A stretch of DNA of 64,000 nucleotides, from NCBI GenBank assembly GCA_025055595.1, contig JANWWU010000022.1, positions 429 through 64,428 on the forward strand, in the 5' to 3' direction. The position numbers and the translations under genes are program-made. Shown here piece by piece: positions 18,822-27,870 of this stretch; position 1 is the stretch's first letter, and each line of letters opens with the position of its first letter. This DNA comes from Planctomycetota bacterium. GTDB taxonomy: Bacteria; Planctomycetota; UBA11346. The notes beneath the pieces are model-generated. The model was given only the letters and a program-made list of their open reading frames with translations, ran no database searches and was not told the origin of the DNA.

Positions 18822-21253
18822 TGTCTCGCTGGTGGACGCTGCTGCTGATCGTTGCATGCGGCGCCGCCGGCGAGATCCCGGCCGGGATGACAGAGCAGCG
18901 CCTGCCAGGCCTACGCCTCTACAGCGCTGTCGAGGCCGCGGCCACGCGCGCGCTCGCCGAGGAGCTGCAGCGCTTCCTGCCGGCGCTCAGCGCTTGGGCG
19001 GCACGCGCCATCGCCCCGCTGCCGCGCGCGGCCGCGGATCTGCCAGTGCTGTTCTTCGCTGATCGCAGCAGCTTCCGCGCCTATGCCGCGCGCCACGCGC
19101 AGCGCGTCGCGACCGTGCACGCCGCCGGCTTCTACAGCAGCGATGGTCGGCCAGAAACGGCGTTCATCGCGCTCTACCGCGATGGCGGCCGCGAGCAGGC
19201 GACCGTGCGGCACGAGCTGACGCACTGGCTGCTCGACCGCGCGATTCCGACCCGCCCCGGCCAGCCGGTGTGGTACAATGAAGGACTGGCGGTGTGCATG
19301 GAGGACGCCTGGATCAGCGATGGCGCGCTGGTGTTCAGCCGCGTTCCTCGGCAGCGCCAGGAGGTCCTGCGCCGCCTCGTGGCCGGCGCCGAGGAGCCCC
19401 TGGCGACGGTCGTCGCCCTCGGCAGCGAGGCCTGGCTGGCGCGCGCCGTCGATCACGAGCGCGCGCACCTCCAGTACACCGCCAGCTACGGCGCCGTCCT
19501 GTTCCTGCTGCAGCGCCACCCAGAGCGCCTCACCGCCTTCCTGCGCCGTCTCGCTCAGGGAGCAGCGCATGATGCGGCGTACGCCGAGGCCTTCGCCGAG
19601 CTGCCGGGCGGACTCGATCGCGCCTGGCGCGCTTGGATGGCCGAGACGGTGTGGCTTGCGGCGCGCGGCACGACGCCGCGTACGGCGCCGGAGGCCTTCG
19701 AGCACGGACTGGCCTGGCTGCCCGAGCACGCGGCAGGCGGCGATCGGCAGCGCGCCTGGTCCTGGCTGCAGCGCGCCGCCGAGCAGTTCGCGGCACGCGC
19801 CTCCGATGCCCGCGCCGCTGCCGACGCCTGGCTGGCGGCGGCCGAGGCTTGCGAGCAGCCGCCACGCGCGGCGCAGGCCGCCGAGACGGCGGCGGCCTGG
19901 TACGAGCAGGTGGCGCACGAGGCCGGCCAGGCCGAGGCCTGGCGCCTGGCCTGCCGTGCTTGGGGCAAGGCGGGGGACTGGCAGCGCGCGGCGCTGGCCG
20001 GCGGGCGTGCGCAAGCGATGGCGGAGCGCGTCGCCGACGAGGCGCTGCTGGCCGCCGCCCTCGCCGCCCATGCCGCGTGCTATGCCGCCGACCGCGCTCG
20101 CCCGCCCGCGGGGCAGACGCCGCAGGCCTTCGCGGCCCCGCTGTTTCATCGCGCCATCCAGCTCTATCGCCAGGCTGGCTGCGCGAGCGATGCGGCGCGC
20201 GTCGCCGTGCAGGCGGCCCAGGCCTTGGCGCCTCCCGACGGACAACCCGGCGACTGGGCCGGCTGCATCGCGCTGGTCGAGCAGGCGGTGCAGCACTGGC
20301 GTCGGGACGGCGCCGCCAGCGAGGGCGACGCCGACCTCGCCACCGCCGAGCGCGTGCTCGCCGGCCTGTGGCGGCCCGATCGCAATCCGGCTGGCAGCTG
20401 GACGGAGGCGATCGCGGGCTATCGCCGCGCGCTCGCCCTGCTCGATGACGGCGAGGCGCGAGAGCGCCTGCACGCCCGCCTGGAGCTGGCCTCGTGCCTA
20501 GCAGCGGCTGCGGACCCGGAGACGATCGCGCAGTATCGCCGGGCGGAGAGCGAGGCGCTGGCCCTCGGCGACCTCGCCCTGGCCGCCTACGCCGCGTACC
20601 AAGTCGGCTGGGAGCTGCGCGAACGCGAGCCGGAGGAGGCCGTCGCCGCCTTCTTGCGCGCAGCGCCGCGCTATCGCCGAGCCGGCAAGCTGGCGGAAGA
20701 GATCGCGGCCATCGGCCAGGCGGCGCAGGTCCTGGCCGGCAGCGGTGGCGACCCCGCGCGCATCGCCGAGCTTCACCGGCAGGCGGCTGCGCTCGCGCGC
20801 GCCCGCGGCGACCTCTCGCGCCTCGGCTACCACCTGCATCAGCAGGCCTGGTTCAGCGAGCCGGCGCGGCAGCCGGGCCTGTCGCCCGCCATCGCAGCGG
20901 GCCTCTACGCGGCGGCCGCCCAGGCCTGGCAGAACGATCCCGAGCGCGCGGTGCGGGCCCTCTCTCAGCGCGCACGCGTCCTCACCCCGCAGCCAGGGGC
21001 GGCCGAGGGCTGGGAAGAAGCCGCTGCGGCTTGGCAGGCGGTGGCCGAGGCCTTGGCCGCGCTGCCGGAGAGCCGGCAGCGGCGCGGCGAGCGCGGCCAG
21101 GCGCTACACCAGCAGGCCTGGTGCCTGATCCGCGGCGATCACCAGCGCCACACGCGGCTCAGCCGCGCGCTGTTCAGCGAAGCTGCGCGCCTGCAAGAAG
21201 AGGCCGGCGACAGCCGCGGCGCCGCCGCCAGCCGCAGCTGGCTGCGCGAATGA
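18821..21253 (+). CDS. secreted HExxH metallopeptidase-like (DUF1570-like) domain plus TPR-like repeats
   Basis: Signal peptide; AAGFYS, RHELTH, PVWYNEGLA; helical Ala-rich repeats in C-terminal two thirds. Confidence 0.72.
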   Translation: MSRWWTLLLIVACGAAGEIPAGMTEQRLPGLRLYSAVEAAATRALAEELQRFLPALSAWAARAIAPLPRAAADLPVLFFADRSSFRAYAARHAQRVATVHAAGFYSSDGRPETAFIALYRDGGREQATVRHELTHWLLDRAIPTRPGQPVWYNEGLAVCMEDAWISDGALVFSRVPRQRQEVLRRLVAGAEEPLATVVALGSEAWLARAVDHERAHLQYTASYGAVLFLLQRHPERLTAFLRRLAQGAAHDAAYAEAFAELPGGLDRAWRAWMAETVWLAARGTTPRTAPEAFEHGLAWLPEHAAGGDRQRAWSWLQRAAEQFAARASDARAAADAWLAAAEACEQPPRAAQAAETAAAWYEQVAHEAGQAEAWRLACRAWGKAGDWQRAALAGGRAQAMAERVADEALLAAALAAHAACYAADRARPPAGQTPQAFAAPLFHRAIQLYRQAGCASDAARVAVQAAQALAPPDGQPGDWAGCIALVEQAVQHWRRDGAASEGDADLATAERVLAGLWRPDRNPAGSWTEAIAGYRRALALLDDGEARERLHARLELASCLAAAADPETIAQYRRAESEALALGDLALAAYAAYQVGWELREREPEEAVAAFLRAAPRYRRAGKLAEEIAAIGQAAQVLAGSGGDPARIAELHRQAAALARARGDLSRLGYHLHQQAWFSEPARQPGLSPAIAAGLYAAAAQAWQNDPERAVRALSQRARVLTPQPGAAEGWEEAAAAWQAVAEALAALPESRQRRGERGQALHQQAWCLIRGDHQRHTRLSRALFSEAARLQEEAGDSRGAAASRSWLRE

Positions 21254-21288
21254 ATCGCTGCGAAGAAGAACGCATTCGGACTGTTTCG

Positions 21289-21301
21289 CCGTATGATACG
21301 G
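21289..21301 (+). promoter_or_regulatory. palindrome overlapping a -10-like TATGAT
   Basis: CCGTAT-G-ATACGG perfect inverted repeat in AT-richer intergenic DNA upstream of 21420. Confidence 0.35.
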
Positions 21302-21419
21302 TTGTTCTAACCTTAGATGCGGCAATGGTGGCCGCTGTAGTGCAATCTGCAAAATAGCTCATTGGCGAGTTTCTGCGAATCAAGGTTGGTATGCCTTCGA
21401 ATCGCCCAGGAGCCGATGC

Positions 21420-22949
21420 ATGACATCTCGCGAGAAGATCGCCGAGCTCATCGATCGAGCCTTGCCGGTGGGCGCCAAGCTCGTGCCGACGAGCGTCGCT
21501 CTGCACATCGCTGCCATCGATCTCTGTCTGTTGCGCGGCAAACGGGAGTTTAGCTGGCGAAGGAGGCATGTCCTGGAGAGCGACGCGACGCCGCGGACGA
21601 AGAAAGACATGCAGGAACGCCTGTCCCGTTTTCGGACGCAGCCGCCCAAGAGCATCCATCAGCTGTTCGCATGGGGGAGCACCGAAGCTGCCTACGAAAT
21701 CGGCAAACTGGATGAAAAGATCCCTTGTCCCGAGTGCCACGGCGACAGTCCGACACAATGTGCGACCTGTGAAGGCGTCGGGAAAGTAGCGTGTAAGCGC
21801 TGCGAAGGTCACGGCATCCTGAGCAATGCCGATGCCCTGCGCGCCTGCCCGAACTGCAAGAAAGGGCTCGTCGATTGTTCCAACTGCCGGGGGTCTGGCC
21901 TTATCAACTGTAGCAAATGCGAGAACCAGCACGAATTGTGGGAAGTCTACAAGATCCACTACAAAGATCACATTGAAGTGACTGCGGTCGGTGGCCAGAC
22001 CTTCGCCGAGCGATATAAGAGCAAGCTTTGGACAGTGCCGAAGGATTTCAGCATCAGTCGGGATTGGTCGGCCTACGGGCCGCCGCTGACGCTCGAGGAT
22101 CAGGATGGACTGAGCACTGAACTGCTGCAGCCTCGTTCCCTCGAGGAGATGCGGAACTATGTCCAACAGAAGAAACCAGCGTTGATTGCACGCTTCGGCG
22201 AATCGGCATACGCCAACATCAATCAGGCCCTGGCCAAGGCCGATCCCGATGCTGACAATCGCTATGCGATCGCCTTGCGCGCTCTCAACTGTGTCACATT
22301 TACTTACCAACAAGACGACAAGAAACACAGCGCTGTCGGGCAAATTTTCTTCAGCGAGGGTCAGCCGAGCAAGGTCGAGTATCAAAGGACGGCCGCGCCA
22401 CCATCGAAAGGCGCAACATGCCTCAAATACGGCTGCGGTTGTTTGACGTTCTTCTTCATCATCGGTCTGATTGGTTCGCTGTTTGAGGAGGACAAAGACA
22501 AAGCCAAGCAAGAAGGCGCGGCCGAGAAGCAGTCTGCCCCTGCCGCAACTGCTTCCGCGGCCGCTCAGCGCCCGCTGACAGGGCGCGTCATCTCGGTCAA
22601 GAACGGCTACCAGCTCAAGTTGCCGACCTTCGCGCTCGTCGAGTTTGCCGTATACGGCAAGTCATTGAGCGACCAACAGCTGCTCGCGCTCGTCGGCAAG
22701 CGGCTGCAGATCATGCGCGACGATCAGGTGCTGGCCGAGGCAGAGATCGCGAACATCGTACCTGCGAGTCAAGCGGGCGATGTTTCCGAACCACGCGCCC
22801 AGGAAGACAAGGAGAACAAGGAAAAACAAGCGGCACCGACGCAGCAGCAGTTCCGCGCGCTGGTGCAAGTGGTCGATACCTCGTGGCGCGTGCCGGCTGA
22901 CAAGCGGGAACTCGCCGTCGGCGACCTCGCAGCGCTGATGGACAACTGA
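21420..22949 (+). CDS. membrane protein with DnaJ-type CxxCxGxG zinc-finger repeats
   Basis: Six CxxC motifs, one TM segment (LTFFFIIGLIGSLF), AGGAG RBS; lower GC than flanks. Confidence 0.75.
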   Translation: MTSREKIAELIDRALPVGAKLVPTSVALHIAAIDLCLLRGKREFSWRRRHVLESDATPRTKKDMQERLSRFRTQPPKSIHQLFAWGSTEAAYEIGKLDEKIPCPECHGDSPTQCATCEGVGKVACKRCEGHGILSNADALRACPNCKKGLVDCSNCRGSGLINCSKCENQHELWEVYKIHYKDHIEVTAVGGQTFAERYKSKLWTVPKDFSISRDWSAYGPPLTLEDQDGLSTELLQPRSLEEMRNYVQQKKPALIARFGESAYANINQALAKADPDADNRYAIALRALNCVTFTYQQDDKKHSAVGQIFFSEGQPSKVEYQRTAAPPSKGATCLKYGCGCLTFFFIIGLIGSLFEEDKDKAKQEGAAEKQSAPAATASAAAQRPLTGRVISVKNGYQLKLPTFALVEFAVYGKSLSDQQLLALVGKRLQIMRDDQVLAEAEIANIVPASQAGDVSEPRAQEDKENKEKQAAPTQQQFRALVQVVDTSWRVPADKRELAVGDLAALMDN

Positions 22950-22980
22950 GCGAGCGGTTCGGTCGCGCTCGCCCTTCCTT
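22950..22980 (+). terminator. possible terminator hairpin
   Basis: GCGAGCG-N9-CGCTCGC then CCTTCCTT right after stop. Confidence 0.3.
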
Positions 22981-23015
22981 CGCTAGCGGCGTGAATATGG
23001 TGTACTCCTGCTACG

Positions 23016-23480
23016 ATGGTGTGGCTGATCCGCACGCTCATCGGCTTCGCCGTGTTCGTCGTCGCAGTCGTGTTCGCTGCGACCTGGCTGCCGGCCTGGC
23101 TCAACCGCGTGCAGGTGCCCGTCGACTACGACGATCTGCAGGGACTGGAAGGCGGCAAAGGCCTGTGGCTCGAGCCACCGCCGTATCGAGCGGGCGATGT
23201 GCTCGCCTATCGCCTCGGACCCGGTCCCGATGACGTCGGCTTCGGTGTCGTCGTCGCCCTGCCAGGCGACAGCGTGCGGCTCAGCGAGGACCGCCTGCTG
23301 GTCAACGGCGAAGCGGTGCGTCCCTGGAGCCCCTATCAGCCGCTGCGCGGCTTGGCCGAGCTCGGACCGCTGACCGTGCCGGCCGGCCACTGGTTCGTCG
23401 TCAGCACCCGCCACCAGCGCGACAGCCTCGCGCACGGCCCGATCGGCGCCGAGCGCGTGCTCGGCAAGGTGCGCGAATGA
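23016..23480 (+). CDS. S26 signal peptidase I-like protein, probably inactive
   Basis: N-terminal TM, RAGDVLAY, VALPGDSV, LLVNGE, TVPAGHWFV, RDSL..GPI...VLGKV. Confidence 0.75.
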   Translation: MVWLIRTLIGFAVFVVAVVFAATWLPAWLNRVQVPVDYDDLQGLEGGKGLWLEPPPYRAGDVLAYRLGPGPDDVGFGVVVALPGDSVRLSEDRLLVNGEAVRPWSPYQPLRGLAELGPLTVPAGHWFVVSTRHQRDSLAHGPIGAERVLGKVRE

Positions 23481-24274
23481 ACGGCCCCTTCGTCTCCTGG
23501 TCCTCCGGCCAGCGGCTGCTGCTCGGCGTCGCCCTGCTGATCGCCGGGGCCGTGATGCTGGTGGCGGCAGCCGGGATCGCTTGGAGAGCGGTCCAGCGCT
23601 GGCTGGCGGTCGGCGAGCTGCGCGCGGCGCATGCCCAGCTGCATCGGGGCCGACTCGACGAGGCCCGCCGCTTGGCGGCCGCGGCGGCGGAGCGCCTGCC
23701 GCGGGAGCCGAGCGCCCAGCTGCTCGCGCTCGACCCGGCAGATCCGCAAGCCGGGGAACGGCTGCGCGCGCTCGCTTCTGCCTGCGAGCGCGCGAACGAC
23801 CGCCACGCCGTGCTGGCGACCCTCGGCCTGCTCCAGGCCCTCGCTGGGCGCGCGGTCGATGCCCCGCTCGAGGGGACCGGCGATGCCCGCCTGCTGGCGG
23901 CCATCAGGGCGGCGCACGGCGAGCGGATGGCGAGCTGGCGGCTGGTCGCCGGCGAGGATCCGCCGCAGCGCCAGGTGCTGCTGGCGGCGCACACGGTGCT
24001 TCTGCGGCAGGCTCTTCGCCTGCGCAGCCGGGACGATGTCCGCCTGCATGCTGGCGCGCTGTTGCTGCTCGACCCTGGGCACCCGCGTGCAGCGCTGTTG
24101 CGTCCCCTGCTGCTGGCCCTCAGCCCGGCGGCGGCAGACGAAGAGCTCGTGCGCGCGGTCGCCGAAGCGCGCGAAGAGAGCGAGGCGCTCGCGCGCACGA
24201 TCGCGGCGCTCGTGCCCGAGCGTCGCGCGGCGCTGACGGCGCGCTGGCCGGGCCTCGCGGAGCAAACGCCATGA
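23477..24274 (+). CDS. hypothetical membrane-anchored helical protein
   Basis: ATGA coupling on both sides, N-terminal TM, TPR-like Ala/Leu helices. Confidence 0.6.
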   Translation: MNGPFVSWSSGQRLLLGVALLIAGAVMLVAAAGIAWRAVQRWLAVGELRAAHAQLHRGRLDEARRLAAAAAERLPREPSAQLLALDPADPQAGERLRALASACERANDRHAVLATLGLLQALAGRAVDAPLEGTGDARLLAAIRAAHGERMASWRLVAGEDPPQRQVLLAAHTVLLRQALRLRSRDDVRLHAGALLLLDPGHPRAALLRPLLLALSPAAADEELVRAVAEAREESEALARTIAALVPERRAALTARWPGLAEQTP

Positions 24275-24567
24275 TCGTCTGTCAAGCCTGCGGGCACCGC
24301 AATCCCCTCCGCACGCGCTACTGCCACGCCTGCGGCGTGCGCCTCGAGGCGAACCTGCGGGAGATCGCGGTCGCGGTCGAGGAGGACCGCGAGGCGCAGA
24401 TGGCGGAGCGCTGGTTGGAGCGCGGCCGCTCGCTCTTCTTGCTCGGCGCGTTCTTCTTGACCTGCGCGCTGGTGCTGCGCTACGCCGTGGTGCCGGAGCT
24501 GCCGCCGGCCGTCATGCCGCCGATCGCTGCCGGGCCCTTGCTGCCGCCGGCGGCGAGCGCGCCCTGA
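24271..24567 (+). CDS. zinc-ribbon membrane protein
   Basis: MIVCQACGHRN...RYCHACG plus C-terminal TM; ATGA overlap with previous gene. Confidence 0.75.
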   Translation: MIVCQACGHRNPLRTRYCHACGVRLEANLREIAVAVEEDREAQMAERWLERGRSLFLLGAFFLTCALVLRYAVVPELPPAVMPPIAAGPLLPPAASAP

Positions 24568-24569
24568 GC

Positions 24570-26042
24570 ATGACGCAGGTCGTCGTCCCCCTCGGCGACG
24601 CCGAGCCCGCGGCGCTGCTGGCGCGCGCGGCGCGGGCTCGGCAGCTCGGCGCCGATCTGCTCGAGCTGCGCCTCGACCTCGCGCTCGCGGCCGGCGCTCG
24701 CGCGGCCGACCTCCTCGCCGTGCTGCCGCAGCTGCCGCTGCCGGCGATCGTCACCGTGCGCCATCAACGAGAGGGCGGGCGATGGCAGGACGACGAGCGC
24801 GCTCGCCTGCGGCTCTACGAGGAGGCCGAGGCGCGCGGCGCGGCCTGGATCGATCGCGAGCTGGCGGCGCAGCGCGAACACCCCTGGCGGCCGACGCGTG
24901 CCCGCTTGCTGCTCAGCTATCATGCGTGGTCCGGTGCTGGCCAGGCGCTGCCCGAGGTTGTCGCGGCGATGCGTGCGGCCGGCGCCGACCTCGCCAAGCT
25001 GGCGGTGCTGGTGCGCGATGCCGCCGAGCTGGCGGCGCTGCGCGCCCTGCACGATCGCCGGGGGCCGGTGGCGGCGATGGCGATGGGCGAGGCCGGCCTG
25101 CCATCGCGGGTGCTGGCCGGGGTCTGGGGCGCGGCGCTGGTCTACGCGCGCTTGCCGGAGGATCCCGGCACCGCTCCCGGCCAGCCGGCGCTCGACGAGC
25201 TGCTGACGCTCTACCGCCTGCGCGCGCAGCGGCCGGAGACCGCGGTCTATGGCGTGATCGGCGCGCCGATCGCGCACTCGCTCTCACCGTTGGTCCACAA
25301 CCTCGGTTTCGCGCACCACGGCATCGATGCCGTCTACGCGCCGTTCCTGGTGCACGACGCGCGCGCCTTCTGGCAGGCCTGCGGCGACTGGTTCGGCGGG
25401 CTCTCGGTGACCGTGCCGCACAAGCAGACGCTCGCCGCGCTGCTCGCGGAGTGCGAGCCCGAGGCGGCGCCGATCGGCGCGATCAACACTGTCTACCGCC
25501 GCGCTGACCGCTGCTGCGGCGCCAACACCGACGCCGAGGCCGTGCGCCGCTGCTGCGAGCGGGCGCTCGGCGGCTCGCTGCACGGCCGCTGCGCGCTCGT
25601 TCTCGGCGCCGGCGGCGCCGCGCGCGCCGCCGTCCATGCCTTGCGCGCGGCCGGCGCCCGCGTGCTGATCTCCAATCGCACGCCGCAGCGCGCTGCGGAG
25701 CTGGCGGCGGAGTTCGCAGCGACCGTTGTGCCGCTGGCGCAGGCCGCGACCGCGCCCTATGACATCCTGATCAATGCGACGACGGTCGGCCTGCGCGCGC
25801 CCGACGACACGCCGTGGCCTCACCCGCTGCGTCCCGAGGCCCTGGTCTTCGACATGGTCTACGACCCGCTCGACACCGGCCTGCTGCGCCGCGCGCGCGT
25901 CGCCGGCTGCTCGGTCGTCAGCGGCCTCGACATGTTCCTCGAGCAGGCGAGCGGGCAGTTCCGGCGTTGGACGGGGCGGGAGCTGCCGATGGCGGAGGCC
26001 CGCGCCGCCTGCCTCGCCCGCCTCGCTCAGCGCAGCGTGTAG
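24570..26042 (+). CDS. aroE: fused type I 3-dehydroquinate dehydratase / shikimate dehydrogenase
   Basis: ELRLD, R..EGG, SYH, APGQ (AroD) then HSLSP..HN, SVTVPHK, GAINT, NTD, GAGGAARA, DMVY (AroE). Confidence 0.92.
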   Translation: MTQVVVPLGDAEPAALLARAARARQLGADLLELRLDLALAAGARAADLLAVLPQLPLPAIVTVRHQREGGRWQDDERARLRLYEEAEARGAAWIDRELAAQREHPWRPTRARLLLSYHAWSGAGQALPEVVAAMRAAGADLAKLAVLVRDAAELAALRALHDRRGPVAAMAMGEAGLPSRVLAGVWGAALVYARLPEDPGTAPGQPALDELLTLYRLRAQRPETAVYGVIGAPIAHSLSPLVHNLGFAHHGIDAVYAPFLVHDARAFWQACGDWFGGLSVTVPHKQTLAALLAECEPEAAPIGAINTVYRRADRCCGANTDAEAVRRCCERALGGSLHGRCALVLGAGGAARAAVHALRAAGARVLISNRTPQRAAELAAEFAATVVPLAQAATAPYDILINATTVGLRAPDDTPWPHPLRPEALVFDMVYDPLDTGLLRRARVAGCSVVSGLDMFLEQASGQFRRWTGRELPMAEARAACLARLAQRSV

Positions 26043-26932
26043 AAGGGGCGCGGGAAGCGGACATTGACGCTCGCTACCCGGGCGAGATCGCCCTGGCAGC
26101 GCAGCGCATGGACGAGGTCGCGGGCCTTGGCCTGCGCGCTGCGCCCATAGAGCGCGTCGCCGGGATCGCCCCACACCAGCCGGCAGCCGTTGCTGGTCAG
26201 GAGCACGATGCCCTGCCCGCCGCGCTCGTCGCTGCTGCCCGCGCAGTCGATGGCCGCGATCAGGCCGGCATCGACGTGGGGCTCGATCAGCTGCCAGGCC
26301 TCGACCGCCGCGCGCACGCGCTGCGGGGCGAGCTCGACATTCCACAGCGGCGGACGCCGTCGCTCGGGCGCGGGCAGGCTGCCGGGCAGCAGAACGCCCT
26401 CGCGGTCGACCCACACCCGTTTGCCGCTCGCCAGCACCGCCGGCATGTATGGCTGGCGCATCCCGATCTCGACGATCAGCTTGCGCGCGGCCCGCAGCTG
26501 CCCGCTGTGGTAGCTGCGCTCGTGGGCGAGGCGGATGCGACCGACGGTGGCGACGCCGGGCCGGCTGCGCAGGTGCTCGGCGAGCCTGCCGATCACCCAT
26601 TCGTTGGCTTCCTGGAGGAGCTCTCGTTCCGCGAAGCTCGCCAGCCAGCCCTCGACTTCGCGTTGCGGAGCCTGCGGTCCCGCGAGCCACAGCACCTCGA
26701 TCCGCGTCACCGGCTGGCCGCGGGGCTGGCTGACCGCGGCCGCGACGCTGATGACGAGCACTGCCAGCGCGGCGCAGACGCAGGCCGCCATCCAGGCTTG
26801 CTGCGGCGCCCCCGCGCCGGCAGCGGCGGCGGGAGCGCAGAGCGCGGTCGCGACCGTGCGCGCGGCGTCATCGCGGCGCGGCGCGGCGGCGCTGAGGTCG
26901 TCGGCGGGCGGAGACGCGGGGTGCTCGGTCAT
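26027..26932 (-). CDS. ftsQ: divergent FtsQ/DivIB-like cell division protein
   Basis: Last gene of dcw after ddl; single TM, POTRA-like segment, WVDREGVLLP, LVWG, C-terminal VNVRF. Confidence 0.6.
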   Translation of the reverse strand: MTEHPASPPADDLSAAAPRRDDAARTVATALCAPAAAAGAGAPQQAWMAACVCAALAVLVISVAAAVSQPRGQPVTRIEVLWLAGPQAPQREVEGWLASFAERELLQEANEWVIGRLAEHLRSRPGVATVGRIRLAHERSYHSGQLRAARKLIVEIGMRQPYMPAVLASGKRVWVDREGVLLPGSLPAPERRRPPLWNVELAPQRVRAAVEAWQLIEPHVDAGLIAAIDCAGSSDERGGQGIVLLTSNGCRLVWGDPGDALYGRSAQAKARDLVHALRCQGDLARVASVNVRFPRPFYTLR

Positions 26933-27870
26933 GGCGGGGCAGTGCGGGCTGCGGCGCGGCGTACGAGGTGTTCGACGAGGTCGGCGAAGGAGATGCCGGC
27001 CGCTGCCGCCGCTTTCGGCGTCAGGCTGGCATCGGTGAAGCCGGGGAGGGTGTTGAGCTCGAGCACTGCGAGCTCGCCATCGGCAGCGGCCATGATGTCG
27101 ATGCGCGCCAGGTCCCGGCAGCCGCAGGCGCGGTAGGCAGCGAGCGCGAGCGCGCTCAGGCGGCGCGCCAGCGCCGCCTCCTCGACCGGGGCTTCGATGG
27201 TGTCGTGGCGGTGATATTTCGCGTCGTAGTCGAAGACGCCGCCGGCGGGGCGGATGAACAACGGGGGCAGCGCGCGCGGGCCGCGGTCGTCGTCGATGAC
27301 CGCCACCGTGTACTCGGGGCCGGGCAGACGTTCCTCGATCAGGTAGCGGCGCGGCCCGAACTCGGCGCGCAGCGCCGGCAGCGCGCCCAGCGCTTCGCAG
27401 GCCCCTTCGACCAGGCGCAGGCCGACCGAGCTGCCGTCGTCGGCCGGCTTCATGATCAACGGTCCGCGGCCGGCGAGGCGCTCGGCGAGGTCTTCGCCGG
27501 CCGCCGCGCCGAGGTCGATGACGATGCCCCAGGGGACGCGCAGCCCGGCCTCTTGAAGGCGGCGCTTGCTCGCCGCCTTGTCCATGCACAGGGCGGAGGC
27601 CGCGCTGTCCGAGCCGACGAAGGGGACGCCGTGCTGCTCGAGCAGGCGCTGCAGCGTTCCGTCCTCGCCGTAGGTGCCGTGGACGATGTTGAAGACGATG
27701 CTGCCCGGACGCAGCTGCCGGACATCGAGGGCCGCGGCGATGTCGATGGTCGTCACATCGTGTCCGCGCGCGGCGAGGGCGCGCGCGATCGCCACGCCGC
27801 TGCGCCGCGACACTGCGGCCTCGCGGCCCGGACCGCCCATCACGACATCGACGCGCAGCGGCTCGCTCAT
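26929..27870 (-). CDS. ddl: D-alanine-D-alanine ligase
   Basis: MGGP..E..VS, HGTYGEDG, MDK, KP..GSSVG, DYDAKY, ARID, ELNTLPGFT..S. Confidence 0.95.
   Translation of the reverse strand: MSEPLRVDVVMGGPGREAAVSRRSGVAIARALAARGHDVTTIDIAAALDVRQLRPGSIVFNIVHGTYGEDGTLQRLLEQHGVPFVGSDSAASALCMDKAASKRRLQEAGLRVPWGIVIDLGAAAGEDLAERLAGRGPLIMKPADDGSSVGLRLVEGACEALGALPALRAEFGPRRYLIEERLPGPEYTVAVIDDDRGPRALPPLFIRPAGGVFDYDAKYHRHDTIEAPVEEAALARRLSALALAAYRACGCRDLARIDIMAAADGELAVLELNTLPGFTDASLTPKAAAAAGISFADLVEHLVRRAAARTAPP

Noticed and set aside
15835-23480. Conjugative element suggested by a TraF-like barrel plus an S26 (TraF/TrhF-like) peptidase
   Set aside because: No VirB4/TraC, coupling protein, relaxase, pilin, integrase or att repeats; the two 'TraF' names refer to unrelated families
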